Positions 35,692 to 49,553 are shown, numbered from the whole stretch's first letter. The stretch: 61,700 nt of DNA, filler included, from 7 parts of 7 records of this genome joined end to end with filler, not necessarily neighbours in it, one strand, 5' to 3'. Program-made: numbers and translations. Notes: generated by a model not told the origin, from the sequence alone.

Positions 35692-35722
35692 TTGGTTTTA
35701 TTAGTGAAACTCAATTTTGAGA

Positions 35723-35822
35723 NNNNNNNNNNNNNNNNNNNNNNNNNNNNNNNNNNNNNNNNNNNNTTAATTAATTAANNNNNNNNNNNNNNNNNNNNNN
35801 NNNNNNNNNNNNNNNNNNNNNN
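35723..35822. other. Artificial contig linker
   Basis: 44 N + TTAATTAATTAA + 44 N. Confidence 0.99.
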
Positions 35823-37190
35823 GCCCAGCGGACGCATGTTCCAGTTGGTCATCGAGAAGGGATACTTGGTCCAGTCGTTCCAGAAAGTGGAGCCGGGCAG
35901 CACCGTGCGCTTCACCTTGAAGCCAGCCTCGCGCAACTGGGCGGCAATGGCGTCACCCGTGTTCTTGTGCCAGTCCTCGTCCACGGTGATGAGCTCGTGC
36001 TCATAATCCATCTGGCCGGCTTCTTCCATCAGGGCCTTGGCCTCGTCCAGATTGCGTTCCAGCCTGGGCAGTTCGGCATATTCGGGGTGGATCGGGCAGA
36101 CATGATGGTTCTCGGCCACCTCGCCGGCATTGTTGTAGCCGAGCGCCAGAACCGTCGTGTTGTCGACGGCACGCTGCAGGGCGCGGCGCACCTTCTCGTC
36201 GTCATAGGGCGCATTGTCGACATTGGTGCGCGCCACGATCGTTGTTGCCGTGGTGACCTCCGATTTCACCAGCCCCAGAGAGTCCATAATATCCACGAAA
36301 TCGGCAGTCGTTTCGTAATTGGTGTGGATTTCTCCGGATTCAAAGGCACTGACGGTCGCGGAGGGGTCCGTGCCGTAATCGATGAACTCAATGCCATCGA
36401 GATAGGCTTCGCCGCCCCACCACTTGCCATCCGCCCGCTTCTTGAGTTCCACTCGGTTGCCAACCTCGTAGGACACGAGCTCGAAGGGACCGGTGCCAAT
36501 GGGATTGGCGACGAAATCGCGGCCCGTTTCGTCGAAGCTTGGGTGAACGATAAGTGCCGGATAGTCCGACATGCCGGGAATGATGGAAATATCAGGTGCC
36601 GACAGGTTCAGCTTCACCGTCATGTCATCGACCTTTTCGATGGCCCCCTCGCGCGCCTTTTTGGTCTCAGAATCAACGAGGGAAGCCATGCGGGCCGGCA
36701 TGGAGTTGCCCTCCACGGTCTGGTCGCACCAGCGGTTGAAGTTGTAGATCACGTCATCGGCGGTGAAGGCGTCGCCATTGTTCCAGGTAACGCCCGGACG
36801 CACGTGAAGGATGTACTCGGTTGCATCGTCGTTGACTTCCCAGCTTTCGAGAAGCTTGCCCTCAAAGGTGAAATCGCGGGTGTACTTCACCAGCGGCTCG
36901 AGCGTCTGGCGCATGGCGTTGGCGATTTCCGACCAGTCGGCCGTGCGCGGATCTTTCGGGTCCTTGATGAACATGGCGACGCGCAGTATGCCGCCCTTTT
37001 TCGGCTCCTGAGCCATTGCATGTCTGGGGGCTGCCAGGCCGAGCATACCGTAAGCTGCTGCCGTCGATGCGCCGAGCGCGCTTGCGAGCGCAAGAAACTC
37101 ACGCCGGTCCATTCTGCCGGCACGTGCCTCATTCGCCATATCGGCGACGCGGGCCGGCACCTTCTCGCCATTGCTCTTGAAAAACGTCAT
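35823..37190 (-). CDS. Peptide/nickel ABC substrate-binding protein (family 5, Tat signal), 3'-truncated
   Basis: MDRREFL Tat motif; G..FTADDV, PIGTGPF, VRRALQ; GGGAG RBS before the ATG at 37190. Confidence 0.9.
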
Positions 37191-37478
37191 CGACGCACTC
37201 CCATTATCTGCCGTTTTCGGTTCGCTATTAGCATTTCCCATCCCGCCCCCGATGTCAAAATTCCCCGGGGTTCGAGAGGCAAATTCTGCAATTTTTTCGA
37301 CAATCTCAATGACGGATTTGCGACAGTATTGCCGCAAAAATTACACGAAGAGCCGATTTCGCAACAATAGGTACGATTTAATCCTGACAAATCTTGACTT
37401 CGGGGAGCACGCTGTCCCGGATCCGCCCCTGCCTGCTAATTGACGCTGTCTCTGCCAGTTGCTAAGCGGTTTCGGTTC

Positions 37479-37664
37479 GCTTGAGGTGCTCCGGCAGGTG
37501 TCCGCCCGCCGGAGAAAAGGGAACACGGAACGGTCATTTTTATGAACCGCAGCCGTGGCTGCTCCCGCAACTGTGAGCGCTGAGGTGCCTCTGATGCCAC
37601 TGGGTGCAAGACCCGGGAAGGCGAGACCACCGACGAAGCGCGAGCCAGGAAACCTGCCTCAAGC
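37479..37664 (+). ncRNA. Cobalamin riboswitch
   Basis: P1 GCTTGAGG / CCTCAAGC; AAAAGGGAACACGG; GCTCCCGCAACTGTGA; GCCACTG..GGGAAGG; GAGCCAGGAAACCTGCC; lies upstream of a TonB-dependent receptor. Confidence 0.93.
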
Positions 37665-37803
37665 CGTCACCGACCGGATGCGGGATGCTTCCGGGGCTGT
37701 GGTTCTCGCAGTGGTGGCGATTGTCATCGCTGGCGGGGAGACCGAACTTTGGCGTCTGTCGCTCTCCAGCAAATCAGAAAATGTTGCTCGCTGGAGGAAA
37801 TGC

Positions 37804-39358
37804 ATGCTTTCAAACCGACACCGAACCTCTTTCCTGTTCAGTGCATCAGCGCTGATACTGGGCTTCTCCACGCTCACCACGCAGGCTGAAGACTTCGAGC
37901 TCGACACACTGGTCATCACCCCCAGCCGCACCCCAACGGAGGCCTCCAAAGTGGGCTCCACGGTGCAGGTTATCGAGCGCGAGGAGATCGAGGAGCAGTC
38001 TCTGCCTCTGGTGGTGGAATATCTTGACCTTCTGCCGGGTGTAAGCCTGTCATCGCCAGGGGGCGTGGGCGCGGAGGGCAGTCTGTCGATCCGTGGCGCA
38101 CCACGCCGCTACGTGAAAACCCTCTACAACGGCATCGACATTTCCGACCCGACCAGCACCCAGGTGCAGACATCCTACCAATATCTCCTGTCCGGGGGGC
38201 TACAGAGCATCGAAGTCCTGAAGGGCTCGCAGAGCACACTCTACGGCTCCGACGCCATTGCGGGAGTGATCAGCCTGTCAACACTGGACGACGTCGAGCC
38301 CGGCATCACCCACATCCTTCACGGTGAAGGTGGTTCGCATGGCTCGTTTGGGGGTTCCTACGGTTTCAGAGCTGGCAGCGAGCAGTCGAAACTCTCCATC
38401 AGCGCCACGGGCTTCCGCACCGACGGCATCTCGGCCGCAGCCTCCGGCACCGAGCGCGACGGCTACGAGAACATCACGTTCGATGCGAACGCCGAACATG
38501 CGTTCTCCGAAGTCTTCTCCGTCTTCGGGTCGGCGCTTTATATCGACGCAGAGGCCGAGTTCGACAATCAGGGTTTCGGCACTCTTCTGCCGAGTGACAA
38601 TCCAACGGCCACCAACCACAGCAGACAACGCGCAGGCCGCGCCGGTTTCAATCTCGACCTCATGGACGGCCGCTTCCGCAACACGGTCTCCGTGCAGGCC
38701 TTTGACCTCGAACGGTCGATTACCGGCACGGGCTTCGATGGAACCTATAACGGTCGCCGCTACAAAGCCGACTATCAGGGCGCTTTTGACGTCAATGACT
38801 GGTTGGTCGTTCAGGGCGGCGCAGATTACGAGCGCCAGAACGCGGTCTTTCCTTCCGGCCTGTTCAATCCCGAAATTGATTCCAGTTTCTGGATTGCCGG
38901 GGTCTGGGGTGAAGCCATCGCCACACCGTTGGAAAACCTGACGCTGACCGCCGGTATCAGACAGGACGAACACAGCGAATTTGGGGGGCACACCACATAT
39001 CGCGCGACTGCGTCCTATCTTTTCGATCAGACCGGGACGCGCCTGCACGGCTCCATGGGAACCGGCTTCCGCGCGCCGAGCCTCAACGAACTCTTCGGTC
39101 CCTTCGGCGCAAACCCCAACCTTCGGCCCGAAACCAGCTTCGGCTTCGACATCGGCGTTGAGCAGCGTTTCTGGAATGGAGCGGTGGTCGCCGATCTCAC
39201 CTACTTCCAGCTCGAGATAGACGATCTGATCGGCTACACGACGCACTATGAGCATATCGCGGGCACGTCGCGCCAGCGCGGCGTCGAGGCCTCGCTCCGC
39301 TATGTCGCGACCGACTGGCTGGTCCTCACCGGCGCCTATACCTATACACACACGGTAG
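37804..39358 (+). CDS. btuB: TonB-dependent cobalamin receptor, 3'-truncated
   Basis: Signal peptide; TonB box DTLVIT; plug IEVLKGSQSTLYGSDAIAGV; GFRAPSL..NPNLRPE; downstream of a B12 riboswitch. Confidence 0.88.
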
Positions 39359-39458
39359 NNNNNNNNNNNNNNNNNNNNNNNNNNNNNNNNNNNNNNNNNN
39401 NNTTAATTAATTAANNNNNNNNNNNNNNNNNNNNNNNNNNNNNNNNNNNNNNNNNNNN
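39359..39458. other. Artificial contig linker
   Basis: 44 N + TTAATTAATTAA + 44 N. Confidence 0.99.
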
Positions 39459-39529
39459 TGGTAGACACGACGGATTCAAAATCCGTTGGGGTAAAACCCG
39501 TGGCGGTTCGAGTCCGCCCGCCGCTACCA
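39459..39529 (+). tRNA. tRNA-Leu(CAA), 5'-truncated
   Basis: TGGTAGAC D-loop; ACGGA-TTCAAAA-TCCGT anticodon arm; long variable arm; GGTTCGAGTCC; ends ACCA. Confidence 0.92.
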
Positions 39530-39567
39530 TTTACGATCCGCACAGTGCGGTGTAAACAGTCCATCCA

Positions 39568-41791
<2,224 letters not shown>

Positions 41792-41851
41792 CCGCGGGAT
41801 AAGCCGATTCTGAACCGCTACCTGAACTTTTCTTAAAAACGGAGATAGTCA

Positions 41852-42214
41852 ATGAAATCAATCAAGTTACTTGTTGCTGCACTCTTTGCTGCGATGCCGG
41901 CACTGGCCATGGCACAGGATGCGGGTGCCCAGGGTATGGGAGTGATGGGGCAGGTGATCTTCTTTGCCGGCTTTATCCTGATTTTCTATTTCCTGATCTG
42001 GCGTCCCCAGTCCAAGCGTGCGAAAGAGCACAAGGCGCTGATGGCTGGCCTGAACAAAGGCGATGAAGTGGTTACCTCCGGCGGTGTGGCCGGCAAGATC
42101 ACCAAGGTTTCCGATGACTTTATCGTGGTTGAAATCGCTGACAACGTTGAGATCAAGGTTCAGAAAGTTGCTGTTGCAGCGGCACTTCCGAAAGGAACTC
42201 TGAAGGACATCTGA
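41852..42214 (+). CDS. yajC: Preprotein translocase subunit YajC
   Basis: FYFLIWRPQ, GDEVVTSGG, LPKGTLK. Confidence 0.96.
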   Translation: MKSIKLLVAALFAAMPALAMAQDAGAQGMGVMGQVIFFAGFILIFYFLIWRPQSKRAKEHKALMAGLNKGDEVVTSGGVAGKITKVSDDFIVVEIADNVEIKVQKVAVAAALPKGTLKDI

Positions 42215-42294
42215 TCGACCGGTTTTCGACTCAGGTCTGAATTTGCCAAGCTGAAACATCACAGCCGGCCGACTGGCCGGCTTAAAGGGACCCC

Positions 42295-44169
42295 ATGCTG
42301 AACAAGTATCCGCTCTGGAAAAACCTGGTTATCGTGATCGCGCTGGTGATCGGGTTCGTCTATGCCTTGCCTAACGTCTTTCCTGACGACTTTGCCGTAC
42401 AGATCACCGGTGCCCGGAGCAGTACCGAAGTCGATCAGCGGATTCTCGACAGGGCTGTTGATGCACTCGAAGCCAAGGGGATCCAGGTCAAGGAATCCGA
42501 GTTGCAGGAGCGCGACGCCCTGATTCGCCTGAACGACGCCGAATCCCAGCTGAGGGCTCGGCCGGTAGTGCAAGAGGCGCTTGGAAGGGATTATCTGGTA
42601 GCCCTGAATATGGCGCCGTCAACACCGGGATGGCTGGAAAGCCTGGGTGCGGGCCCGATGAAGCTCGGCCTCGACCTGCGTGGTGGTGTTCACTTCCTGT
42701 TGGAAGTGGATATGGAAACCGCCGTCGACCAGCGCCTCGAAGCCATGTCTGGTCAGATCAAGCGCGAATTGCGTGAAGAGCGTGTGCGCTACCGCGGTGG
42801 CGATGTGGAAGGCAACCGTTCCATTGTTCTGAGCTTCCGCGACGAAAGTTCCCGCAGCGAAGCATTTGACCTGATCCGTGACCAGTATAACCAGTTCCTG
42901 CTCGATGAGCAGACAGAGGAAGGTGAGTACCTGCTGGTGCTGTCTATGTCGGAAGCCGAAGTGAAGTCCATACAGGACTACGCACTGGAGCAGAACCTGA
43001 CCACCATCCGTAACCGGGTCAACGAACTTGGCGTGGCGGAGCCTCTGGTGCAGCGCCAGGGTGCGGACCGCATCATTGTGGAATTGCCTGGTGTGCAGGA
43101 TACCGCTGCGGCAAAGCGTGTACTGGGTGCTACGGCCAATCTGGAGTTCCGTCTTGAGGCCCGCCAGGATGCGTCATCAGCTGATATCGAGACGTTCCCG
43201 TTCCGTGACAACCCTAACCGTGAAGCCCGTCTTGAGCGTGAAGTGATCGTCACCGGTGACAATGTCTCTAACGCACAGCAGGCCTTCGACGAGAACGGCC
43301 AGCCACAGGTCAACATCACCATGGACTCCGTGGGCGGCGATCTGATGAACCGTGCAACCCGCAACGCCATTGGGCGTCGCATGGCGGTCCTGTTTATCGA
43401 ATACCGGACAGAGACGGAAGAAGTGGTTGTGGATGGTGAAACCCGCACGGTCGACAACCGCGTTGTCGAAAAGGGCATCATCAGCCTGGCGACGATCCAG
43501 TCTGCGCTGGGAAGCAGTTTCCGGATTACCGGGCTGGATTCCATCCCGGAAGCGGCGGAGTTGGCATTGCTGCTGCGAGCCGGTTCGTTGGCTGCGCCAA
43601 TGTACTTTGTTCAAGAGCGGACGATTGGTCCCAGCCTTGGGCAGAAGAACATTGATGCCGGCATGATGTCGGTCCTGCTCGGCTTTGTGTTGGTTCTCTG
43701 CTACATGGTGGTGTACTACCGTGGCTTTGGTGTGATCGCCAACATTGCGTTGACGCTTAACCTGATGCTGCTGATCGCCTGCATGTCGATTCTCTCAGCA
43801 ACCCTGACGCTGCCGGGTATTGCCGGTATCGTGCTGACGGTGGGTATGGCGGTTGACGCCAACGTGCTTATCTTCGAGCGTATAAAGGAAGAGTTGAAAT
43901 CGGGCATACCGCCGCAGTCGGCGATAAACTCCGGTTATTCCCGGGCCTTCGTTTCGATTTTTGATGCCAATATCACCACCCTGTTGGTGGCGGTGATCCT
44001 GTTCGCCATGGGGTCCGGCCCGGTGAAAGGGTTCGCGGTGACACTGTCGATCGGTATTCTTACGTCGATGTTCTCCGGGCTGATGGTCAGTCGCAGCATC
44101 GTAAATCTTGTATACGGCGGTCGACAGGTTGAAAAGCTGTCGATTGGGGGGAAACTGGCCAATGTCTGA
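42295..44169 (+). CDS. secD: Protein translocase subunit SecD
   Basis: LGLDLRGG, RVNELGVAEP, IGPSLG, GMAVDANV. Confidence 0.98.
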   Translation: MLNKYPLWKNLVIVIALVIGFVYALPNVFPDDFAVQITGARSSTEVDQRILDRAVDALEAKGIQVKESELQERDALIRLNDAESQLRARPVVQEALGRDYLVALNMAPSTPGWLESLGAGPMKLGLDLRGGVHFLLEVDMETAVDQRLEAMSGQIKRELREERVRYRGGDVEGNRSIVLSFRDESSRSEAFDLIRDQYNQFLLDEQTEEGEYLLVLSMSEAEVKSIQDYALEQNLTTIRNRVNELGVAEPLVQRQGADRIIVELPGVQDTAAAKRVLGATANLEFRLEARQDASSADIETFPFRDNPNREARLEREVIVTGDNVSNAQQAFDENGQPQVNITMDSVGGDLMNRATRNAIGRRMAVLFIEYRTETEEVVVDGETRTVDNRVVEKGIISLATIQSALGSSFRITGLDSIPEAAELALLLRAGSLAAPMYFVQERTIGPSLGQKNIDAGMMSVLLGFVLVLCYMVVYYRGFGVIANIALTLNLMLLIACMSILSATLTLPGIAGIVLTVGMAVDANVLIFERIKEELKSGIPPQSAINSGYSRAFVSIFDANITTLLVAVILFAMGSGPVKGFAVTLSIGILTSMFSGLMVSRSIVNLVYGGRQVEKLSIGGKLANV

Positions 44170-45118
44170 AGTTGAGAAGAAACCTATCGATTTTATGGGC
44201 TTTCGGAAGATTGCTTCCGTTGTGTCCATTGCGCTGATTGTTGCTTCCATTGCGTTGCTGGCAGTGCGCGGCCTGAACCTCGGGCTGGACTTTACCGGTG
44301 GTACCTCCGTTGAGCTGGAATACCAGCAGGCGCCCGCTCTGGACAATGTTCGCCAGACGTTGGAGGGTGCAGGATATGAGCAGTTTGTGGTCCAGAACTT
44401 TGGTTCGGACACCACAGTGCTGGTGCGGATGGCGGAGTCCGAGAACGACAAGTTGGCCGCTGAAGTCACGGCTGCGTTGTCGGCTGGTGGTAATGAGCTT
44501 GAACTGGTGAGCTCCGAATTTGTCGGCTCCCAGGTTGGCGACGAGCTGAAGGAAGACAGTGGTCTGGGAATGCTCATCGCGCTGGCAGTTGTGCTGATTT
44601 ACGTCGGTATGCGGTTCCAGTTCAAGTTCGGTATTGCCTCTGTTGTGCCACTGGCCCACGACGTCATCATTGTTCTGGGTGTGTTTGCCCTGTTCCAGTG
44701 GACGTTCGACCTCAGTGTGCTTGCAGCGTTGCTTGCGGTTATCGGTTATTCCCTTAACGATACCATCGTGGTGGCGGACCGGATTCGCGAGAATTTCCGC
44801 AAGATGCGTGAAGGGGGCTCCGAGCACATCATCAACGAGTCCATTCACCAGACCATCAGCCGGACCATCAACACGTCTGGTACGACATTGGTGGTGCTGT
44901 TCGCCCTGTACTTCCTTGGTGGTGAAGCGATCAACAACTTTGCACTGGCTCTCATCATCGGTGTGGTGGTGGGTACCTACTCATCCATCTATGTGTCAGC
45001 AAACCTGCTGGTTGCCCTGGGTGTGGCACGGGAGGACCTGATCGTTCCGCCGAAGGAAGGTCTTGCTGGGCAGGAAGAGGAAGAAGAGCAGCCGCCCGAG
45101 TGGTTGAACCGGATGTAA
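44162..45118 (+). CDS. secF: Protein translocase subunit SecF
   Basis: GLDFTGG, GYSLNDTIV..DRIREN, GTYSSI. Confidence 0.97.
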   Translation: MSEVEKKPIDFMGFRKIASVVSIALIVASIALLAVRGLNLGLDFTGGTSVELEYQQAPALDNVRQTLEGAGYEQFVVQNFGSDTTVLVRMAESENDKLAAEVTAALSAGGNELELVSSEFVGSQVGDELKEDSGLGMLIALAVVLIYVGMRFQFKFGIASVVPLAHDVIIVLGVFALFQWTFDLSVLAALLAVIGYSLNDTIVVADRIRENFRKMREGGSEHIINESIHQTISRTINTSGTTLVVLFALYFLGGEAINNFALALIIGVVVGTYSSIYVSANLLVALGVAREDLIVPPKEGLAGQEEEEEQPPEWLNRM

Positions 45119-45131
45119 GTCGGTCAGCCAC

Positions 45132-45170
45132 AAAAAAGCCGCAACACCAAATGGGGTTGCGGCTTTTTTT
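45132..45170. terminator. Bidirectional intrinsic terminator
   Basis: AAAAAAGCCGCAAC-N-GTTGCGGCTTTTTTT between convergent secF and suhB. Confidence 0.92.
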
Positions 45171-45194
45171 ATGCCTGGCCGTTGGCCTTTATGC

Positions 45195-45992
45195 CTAGCG
45201 AGGCAGTCGGCCCCGGAACGGGTGAAGTGTCTTGAGTACTTCACGGAACAGCTTGGGGTTTGCGACGATCAACTGCTTTGCTTTCTCCGTTGAGGGGTTG
45301 CCGGAGAAATCGCCGGTCAGAGCGCCGGACTCCAGTGCCAGCGTGACGCCGATGGCCAGGTCAGCCGGCTCAGGACGGAAAATGACAGCGGCGTCCAGAT
45401 GGCCGGAAGCAACCCGGGCGATATCAAGGGCCACGCAACCTGCGGTTCGGAACATGCTGCTGTCACGGGCCAGCAAGGATGCCATCTCGCCCCACATCAG
45501 TGGGTCGTCAGAAGAGCGGGTCTGGTCGAGAAGATTGCTGACCACGGCTGCACGGTCGGCATGCTTGACGTCGCTGGTACGCACCCGCCGACTGTTTAGT
45601 GCAGCACCGTGGCCGCGACTGGCAGAGTATTCCTCACCGGTGACCGGATTGATCAGCAGCAGGTTCTCGGTGCGGTTGTTTTTCTTTTGCAGCAACGCAA
45701 CGGCGAAGTCAGGAATGCCGCGCAAAAAATTCTCACGTCCGAGTACCGGGAAAATGTGCCAGCTCTTGTCGTTACCGTCGGCGTCCGCCTCATTCAAAGG
45801 AGCGATGGCGTGGTCCTTGTAGGCTTTGTCGAGCTGTTCGGAAAAATTGTCGTAAATGGACTGTTCGACCCGCTCCAGTTGCTTGCGGCGGTCTTCGCTG
45901 TCGCCGTTGGGTTCCTGGCGTTCGAAGTGTGCTTTCAGATAGTCGGACCCCTGACGCGCGACGCGCAGGGCCATTTTGATTGCTGGTTGCAT
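45195..45992 (-). CDS. suhB: Inositol monophosphatase-family protein SuhB with degenerate active site
   Basis: Overall IMPase pattern (NF.RGIP.FAVA, A.RG.GA.LN, G..ALD.A.VA.G.LD, ESGAL..DFSG); divergent from trmJ as for suhB; DPLDGT motif absent. Confidence 0.85.
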   Translation of the reverse strand: MQPAIKMALRVARQGSDYLKAHFERQEPNGDSEDRRKQLERVEQSIYDNFSEQLDKAYKDHAIAPLNEADADGNDKSWHIFPVLGRENFLRGIPDFAVALLQKKNNRTENLLLINPVTGEEYSASRGHGAALNSRRVRTSDVKHADRAAVVSNLLDQTRSSDDPLMWGEMASLLARDSSMFRTAGCVALDIARVASGHLDAAVIFRPEPADLAIGVTLALESGALTGDFSGNPSTEKAKQLIVANPKLFREVLKTLHPFRGRLPR

Positions 45993-46176
45993 CTGAGTGT
46001 TCATTATCCGGGTGTGTGAAGGCCGCATAGCATATCAAAAACTGACCCGCCTTGTATGTTTTTCCACTCCGCAGTGTCACGGATGGCGCTGTATCAGGGC
46101 ATGTCCGGAGAGGCGGGGAAGGGGGTAGATCTGCTATCATGCGCACCTTTCCAGTTTTTACAGAGATTCTACCGCC

Positions 46177-47031
46177 ATGCACAAGCCAGCTAAGCCCCTG
46201 GAGGGCCCTGACACCTACAACGACCAGATCCGGATTGTCCTGGTTGAGACGTCCCATTCCGGTAACATCGGTGCGGTCGCCAGGGCCATGAAAAACATGG
46301 GGCTGGGAAACCTGTGGCTGGTAAATCCTGTGTCTTTTCCCGATGAGGCCTCCTACGCCCGTGCAGCGGGCGCTTCCGATATTCTCGACAAGGCCACGGT
46401 TGTTGCGACTCTGGACGAAGCCATTGCCGATTGTGTGTGCGTTATGGGTACCAGCGCGAGAGGGCGAAAGGTCCCCTGGCCGGTTATCGCTCCACCAGAC
46501 GCAGCGGCCAAGGCTTCGCAGCAGTCAGAAGCGGGGCAGGTGGCGCTGGTCTTTGGGCGTGAGAACCATGGGCTGAGCAATGAAGAGTTGCAGCGTTGTC
46601 ATTTCCACATTCATATCCCGTCAAATCCCGATTACAGTTCCCTGAATCTGGCCATGGCGGTTCAGGTAATGTGCTATGAATTGCGTATGCATTATCTAAA
46701 AGGCCTTGAAGGTGGCGACGGCAGCCCATATCTCAAGCCTATGATGGTGCCCGGCGATGAAGGTTGGGATGTGCCGCCCGCGCCTGTCCGCGATGTTGAG
46801 GGTTTTTTCAGTCATCTTGAACAGGTGCTTGTGGATGTCGACTTTCACCGCCGGGACAATCCCCGTCAGTTGATGACGCGGCTGCGGCGGCTGTTCCAGC
46901 GTGCCGGGCTGGATCAGATGGAGATCAATATTCTTCGGGGAATACTGACTGCCGTACAGAAATCGGCTGGTGCTGCGGATACCGCAAAAAATACGTCAAA
47001 GGCTGGTTCAACGGCCGGTGAACAGGAATAG
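46177..47031 (+). CDS. trmJ: tRNA C32/U32 2'-O-methyltransferase
   Basis: [45 protein letters not shown]. Confidence 0.95.
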   Translation: MHKPAKPLEGPDTYNDQIRIVLVETSHSGNIGAVARAMKNMGLGNLWLVNPVSFPDEASYARAAGASDILDKATVVATLDEAIADCVCVMGTSARGRKVPWPVIAPPDAAAKASQQSEAGQVALVFGRENHGLSNEELQRCHFHIHIPSNPDYSSLNLAMAVQVMCYELRMHYLKGLEGGDGSPYLKPMMVPGDEGWDVPPAPVRDVEGFFSHLEQVLVDVDFHRRDNPRQLMTRLRRLFQRAGLDQMEINILRGILTAVQKSAGAADTAKNTSKAGSTAGEQE

Positions 47032-47035
47032 GGTT

Positions 47036-47809
47036 ATGTTTGAACGTCTAAGGGAAGATGTGAACAGCGTGTTTCATCGTGATCCCGCCGCTCGCAATAC
47101 TTTCGAAGTGCTGACCAATTACCCGGGTTTGCACGCGCTCCTGTGCCACCGGTTCTCCCATTGGCTTTGGGGTCTTGGCCTGAAGTGGATTGCACGAACG
47201 TTTTCTTCGATCGCCCGTTGGCTGACTGGCATCGAAATTCATCCAGGTGCCACGATCGGGCGGCGTTTCTTTATCGATCACGGCATGGGTGTTGTCATTG
47301 GTGAGACCACGGTGATCGGTGACGACGTCACGCTTTATCAGGGCGTTACCCTGGGAGGGACCAGTTGGAACAAGGGTAAGCGCCATCCGACGCTGGGTGA
47401 CGGTGTTGTGGTGGGTGCCGGTGCCAAGATCCTCGGGCCGTTTACGGTGGGCGAGGGCGCCAAGATTGGCTCCAACTCCGTGGTGACCAAAGAGGTTCCG
47501 CCTGGCGCGACGGTTGTCGGTATTCCTGGTCGGGTTGTGGTGAAGCGCAAAGGGGAAGATGACGCCCGGCGCAAGGAAATGGAAGAACGCATGGGCTTCG
47601 ATGCCTATGGTGTGACCGAGGAAATGCCGGACCCGGTAGCCCGGGCCATGCGCAGCCTGCTGGATCATATGCATGCTGTGGATGACCGCATTGAGAATAT
47701 GTGCAAAGCGCTTCGCAAGGTGAACAGTGAATACCAGAACGGCGAGTTGCCGCCGCTGCAGGAGGAGGATTTTGACTGCGTGCGGGACGACGAGCCGTCG
47801 CAACGGTGA
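47036..47809 (+). CDS. cysE: Serine O-acetyltransferase
   Basis: [25 protein letters not shown] hexapeptide repeats. Confidence 0.96.
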   Translation: MFERLREDVNSVFHRDPAARNTFEVLTNYPGLHALLCHRFSHWLWGLGLKWIARTFSSIARWLTGIEIHPGATIGRRFFIDHGMGVVIGETTVIGDDVTLYQGVTLGGTSWNKGKRHPTLGDGVVVGAGAKILGPFTVGEGAKIGSNSVVTKEVPPGATVVGIPGRVVVKRKGEDDARRKEMEERMGFDAYGVTEEMPDPVARAMRSLLDHMHAVDDRIENMCKALRKVNSEYQNGELPPLQEEDFDCVRDDEPSQR

Positions 47810-47842
47810 ATACTTGACTGTTTTGGTAGGTCAATTCATACT
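47810..47842 (+). promoter_or_regulatory. iscR sigma70 promoter with overlapping type-1-like IscR site
   Basis: TTGACT-17-CATACT; ATACTTGACTGTTTTGGTAGG resembles type-1 IscR boxes. Confidence 0.65.
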
Positions 47843-47886
47843 CGGCGTTGTTAAAGCCGAATCAATCCCTGACCGGGGCTGACGTT

Positions 47887-48384
47887 ATGAGACTGACCAC
47901 CAAAGGCCGCTATGCGGTGACGGCAATGCTGGATCTCGCCCTTCATGGGGATCAGGGGCCGGTGAGTCTGGCTGACATATCTGCCCGGCAGGAGATTTCC
48001 CTCTCGTATCTCGAGCAGTTATTTTCCCGCCTTCGCCGTCACAAACTGGTGACGAGTATCCGGGGCCCTGGCGGTGGTTATCGCCTGAGCCGTGAGGCAG
48101 ACTCCGTCTTTATTGCGGAAGTTGTCGACGCGGTCAGCGAATCCCTGGATACCACCCGTTGCGGCAACAAGGGTGATTGCCAGAATGGCGAGAAATGCCT
48201 GACCCACCACCTGTGGTCTGATCTCAGTGATCAGATTCATCAGTTCCTCAGTGATATCAGTCTTGGGGACCTGATGCGCAAACGGGAGATTCAGGTGGTT
48301 GCCGATCGGCAGAACAGGCGCCATTCAGACGGCGACTCACAGACGATTAACACCGAGCGCCTTACGGATCAGGCGCCGGCCTGA
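47887..48384 (+). CDS. iscR: Fe-S cluster assembly transcriptional regulator
   Basis: [16 protein letters not shown]; three Cys plus His (C..C..CLTH) retained. Confidence 0.96.
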   Translation: MRLTTKGRYAVTAMLDLALHGDQGPVSLADISARQEISLSYLEQLFSRLRRHKLVTSIRGPGGGYRLSREADSVFIAEVVDAVSESLDTTRCGNKGDCQNGEKCLTHHLWSDLSDQIHQFLSDISLGDLMRKREIQVVADRQNRRHSDGDSQTINTERLTDQAPA

Positions 48385-48404
48385 ACGACTATCCTGAAAC
48401 TTCT

Positions 48405-49553
48405 ATGAAAAAGCCCGTCTATCTGGATTATGCGGCCACCACGCCCGTAGACCCTGCCGTTGCCGAAGAAATGGTCAAATACCTGACGCCTGATGGTGTG
48501 TTTGGCAACCCTGCCTCACGCTCCCATGGCTTTGGCTGGCAGGCCGAAGCCGCCGTTGAAGGTGCTCGCCGTCAGGTGGCCAGTCTGATCCATGCAGACC
48601 CACGTGAGATTGTGTGGACGTCCGGCGCTACCGAGTCCGACAACCTCGCCATCAAGGGTGCTGTTACAGGCAAGAACAATCCGCACATTGTGACATCGAT
48701 GATTGAACACAAGGCGGTGCTTGATACCTGCAAGTGGCTTGAAGGGCAGGGTGTTGAGGTGACCTGGCTGAAACCGGGCGCGGACGGGCGGGTGTCCTGT
48801 CAACAGGTTGAAGATGCGCTCCGGGACAATACCGCTTTGGTCAGCCTGATGATGGTCAACAATGAACTGGGTAGCCAAACGGATATCGCCGCCATCGGTA
48901 CCATGCTTCGCGAACGCGGTGTGCTGTTTCATGTGGACGCGGCGCAGGCGGCTGGCAAGACCGAGGTGGATGTGGGAGCCATGCCAGTGGATCTGTTGTC
49001 CTTGTCGGGGCACAAGGTATACGGGCCCAAGGGTATTGGCGCCCTCTATGTGCGGCGTTCTCCGGACGTGCGAATTGAATCGCAGATTCATGGCGGTGGT
49101 CATGAGCGGGGCATGCGTTCCGGCACACTACCTACGCACCAAATCGTCGGCATGGGCAAAGCCTTTGATCTGGCCGGCGAAAAACTCGAGCAGGAGAAGA
49201 CGCGGCTGGAATCCCTGCGGAAGCGTTTCATGTCGGGCCTTGAAGGTCTTGAGGGCGTGACGCTTAACGGCAGTGCCGAACATCGGGTGCCGGGTATCAT
49301 CAACCTCTCGTTTGCCGGTGTCGATGCGGAATCCCTGATGCTGGGATTGCGTGAATTGGCGGTTTCGTCTGGTTCGGCCTGTTCTTCGGCCACTATTGAG
49401 CCTTCGTTTGTACTCAAGGGCATTGGGCTGGATGATGAGCAGGCGCATCGAGCTCTCCGGTTTTCCTTTGGACGCTTTTCGACGGAAGAGGAGGCAGACT
49501 TCGCAGCGGCGCAAATCGTTGACGTTGTAACCCGTCTCCGTTCAGTGCGGTAG
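48405..49553 (+). CDS. iscS: Cysteine desulfurase
   Basis: [31 protein letters not shown]. Confidence 0.93.
   Translation: MKKPVYLDYAATTPVDPAVAEEMVKYLTPDGVFGNPASRSHGFGWQAEAAVEGARRQVASLIHADPREIVWTSGATESDNLAIKGAVTGKNNPHIVTSMIEHKAVLDTCKWLEGQGVEVTWLKPGADGRVSCQQVEDALRDNTALVSLMMVNNELGSQTDIAAIGTMLRERGVLFHVDAAQAAGKTEVDVGAMPVDLLSLSGHKVYGPKGIGALYVRRSPDVRIESQIHGGGHERGMRSGTLPTHQIVGMGKAFDLAGEKLEQEKTRLESLRKRFMSGLEGLEGVTLNGSAEHRVPGIINLSFAGVDAESLMLGLRELAVSSGSACSSATIEPSFVLKGIGLDDEQAHRALRFSFGRFSTEEEADFAAAQIVDVVTRLRSVR

Noticed and set aside
35967-37370. 467-aa plus-strand ORF, and 357-aa minus-strand ORF 38278-39351
   Set aside because: Antisense shadows of high-GC genes (SBP and btuB) with no recognisable motifs
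37555-37803. Upstream extension of the btuB ORF
   Set aside because: It overlaps the riboswitch; the GGAGG RBS and signal peptide support 37804
39459-39567. tRNA-Leu or tRNA-Glu as island integration sites
   Set aside because: No integrase or duplicated tRNA 3' end is visible; the downstream genes are not mobile-element genes
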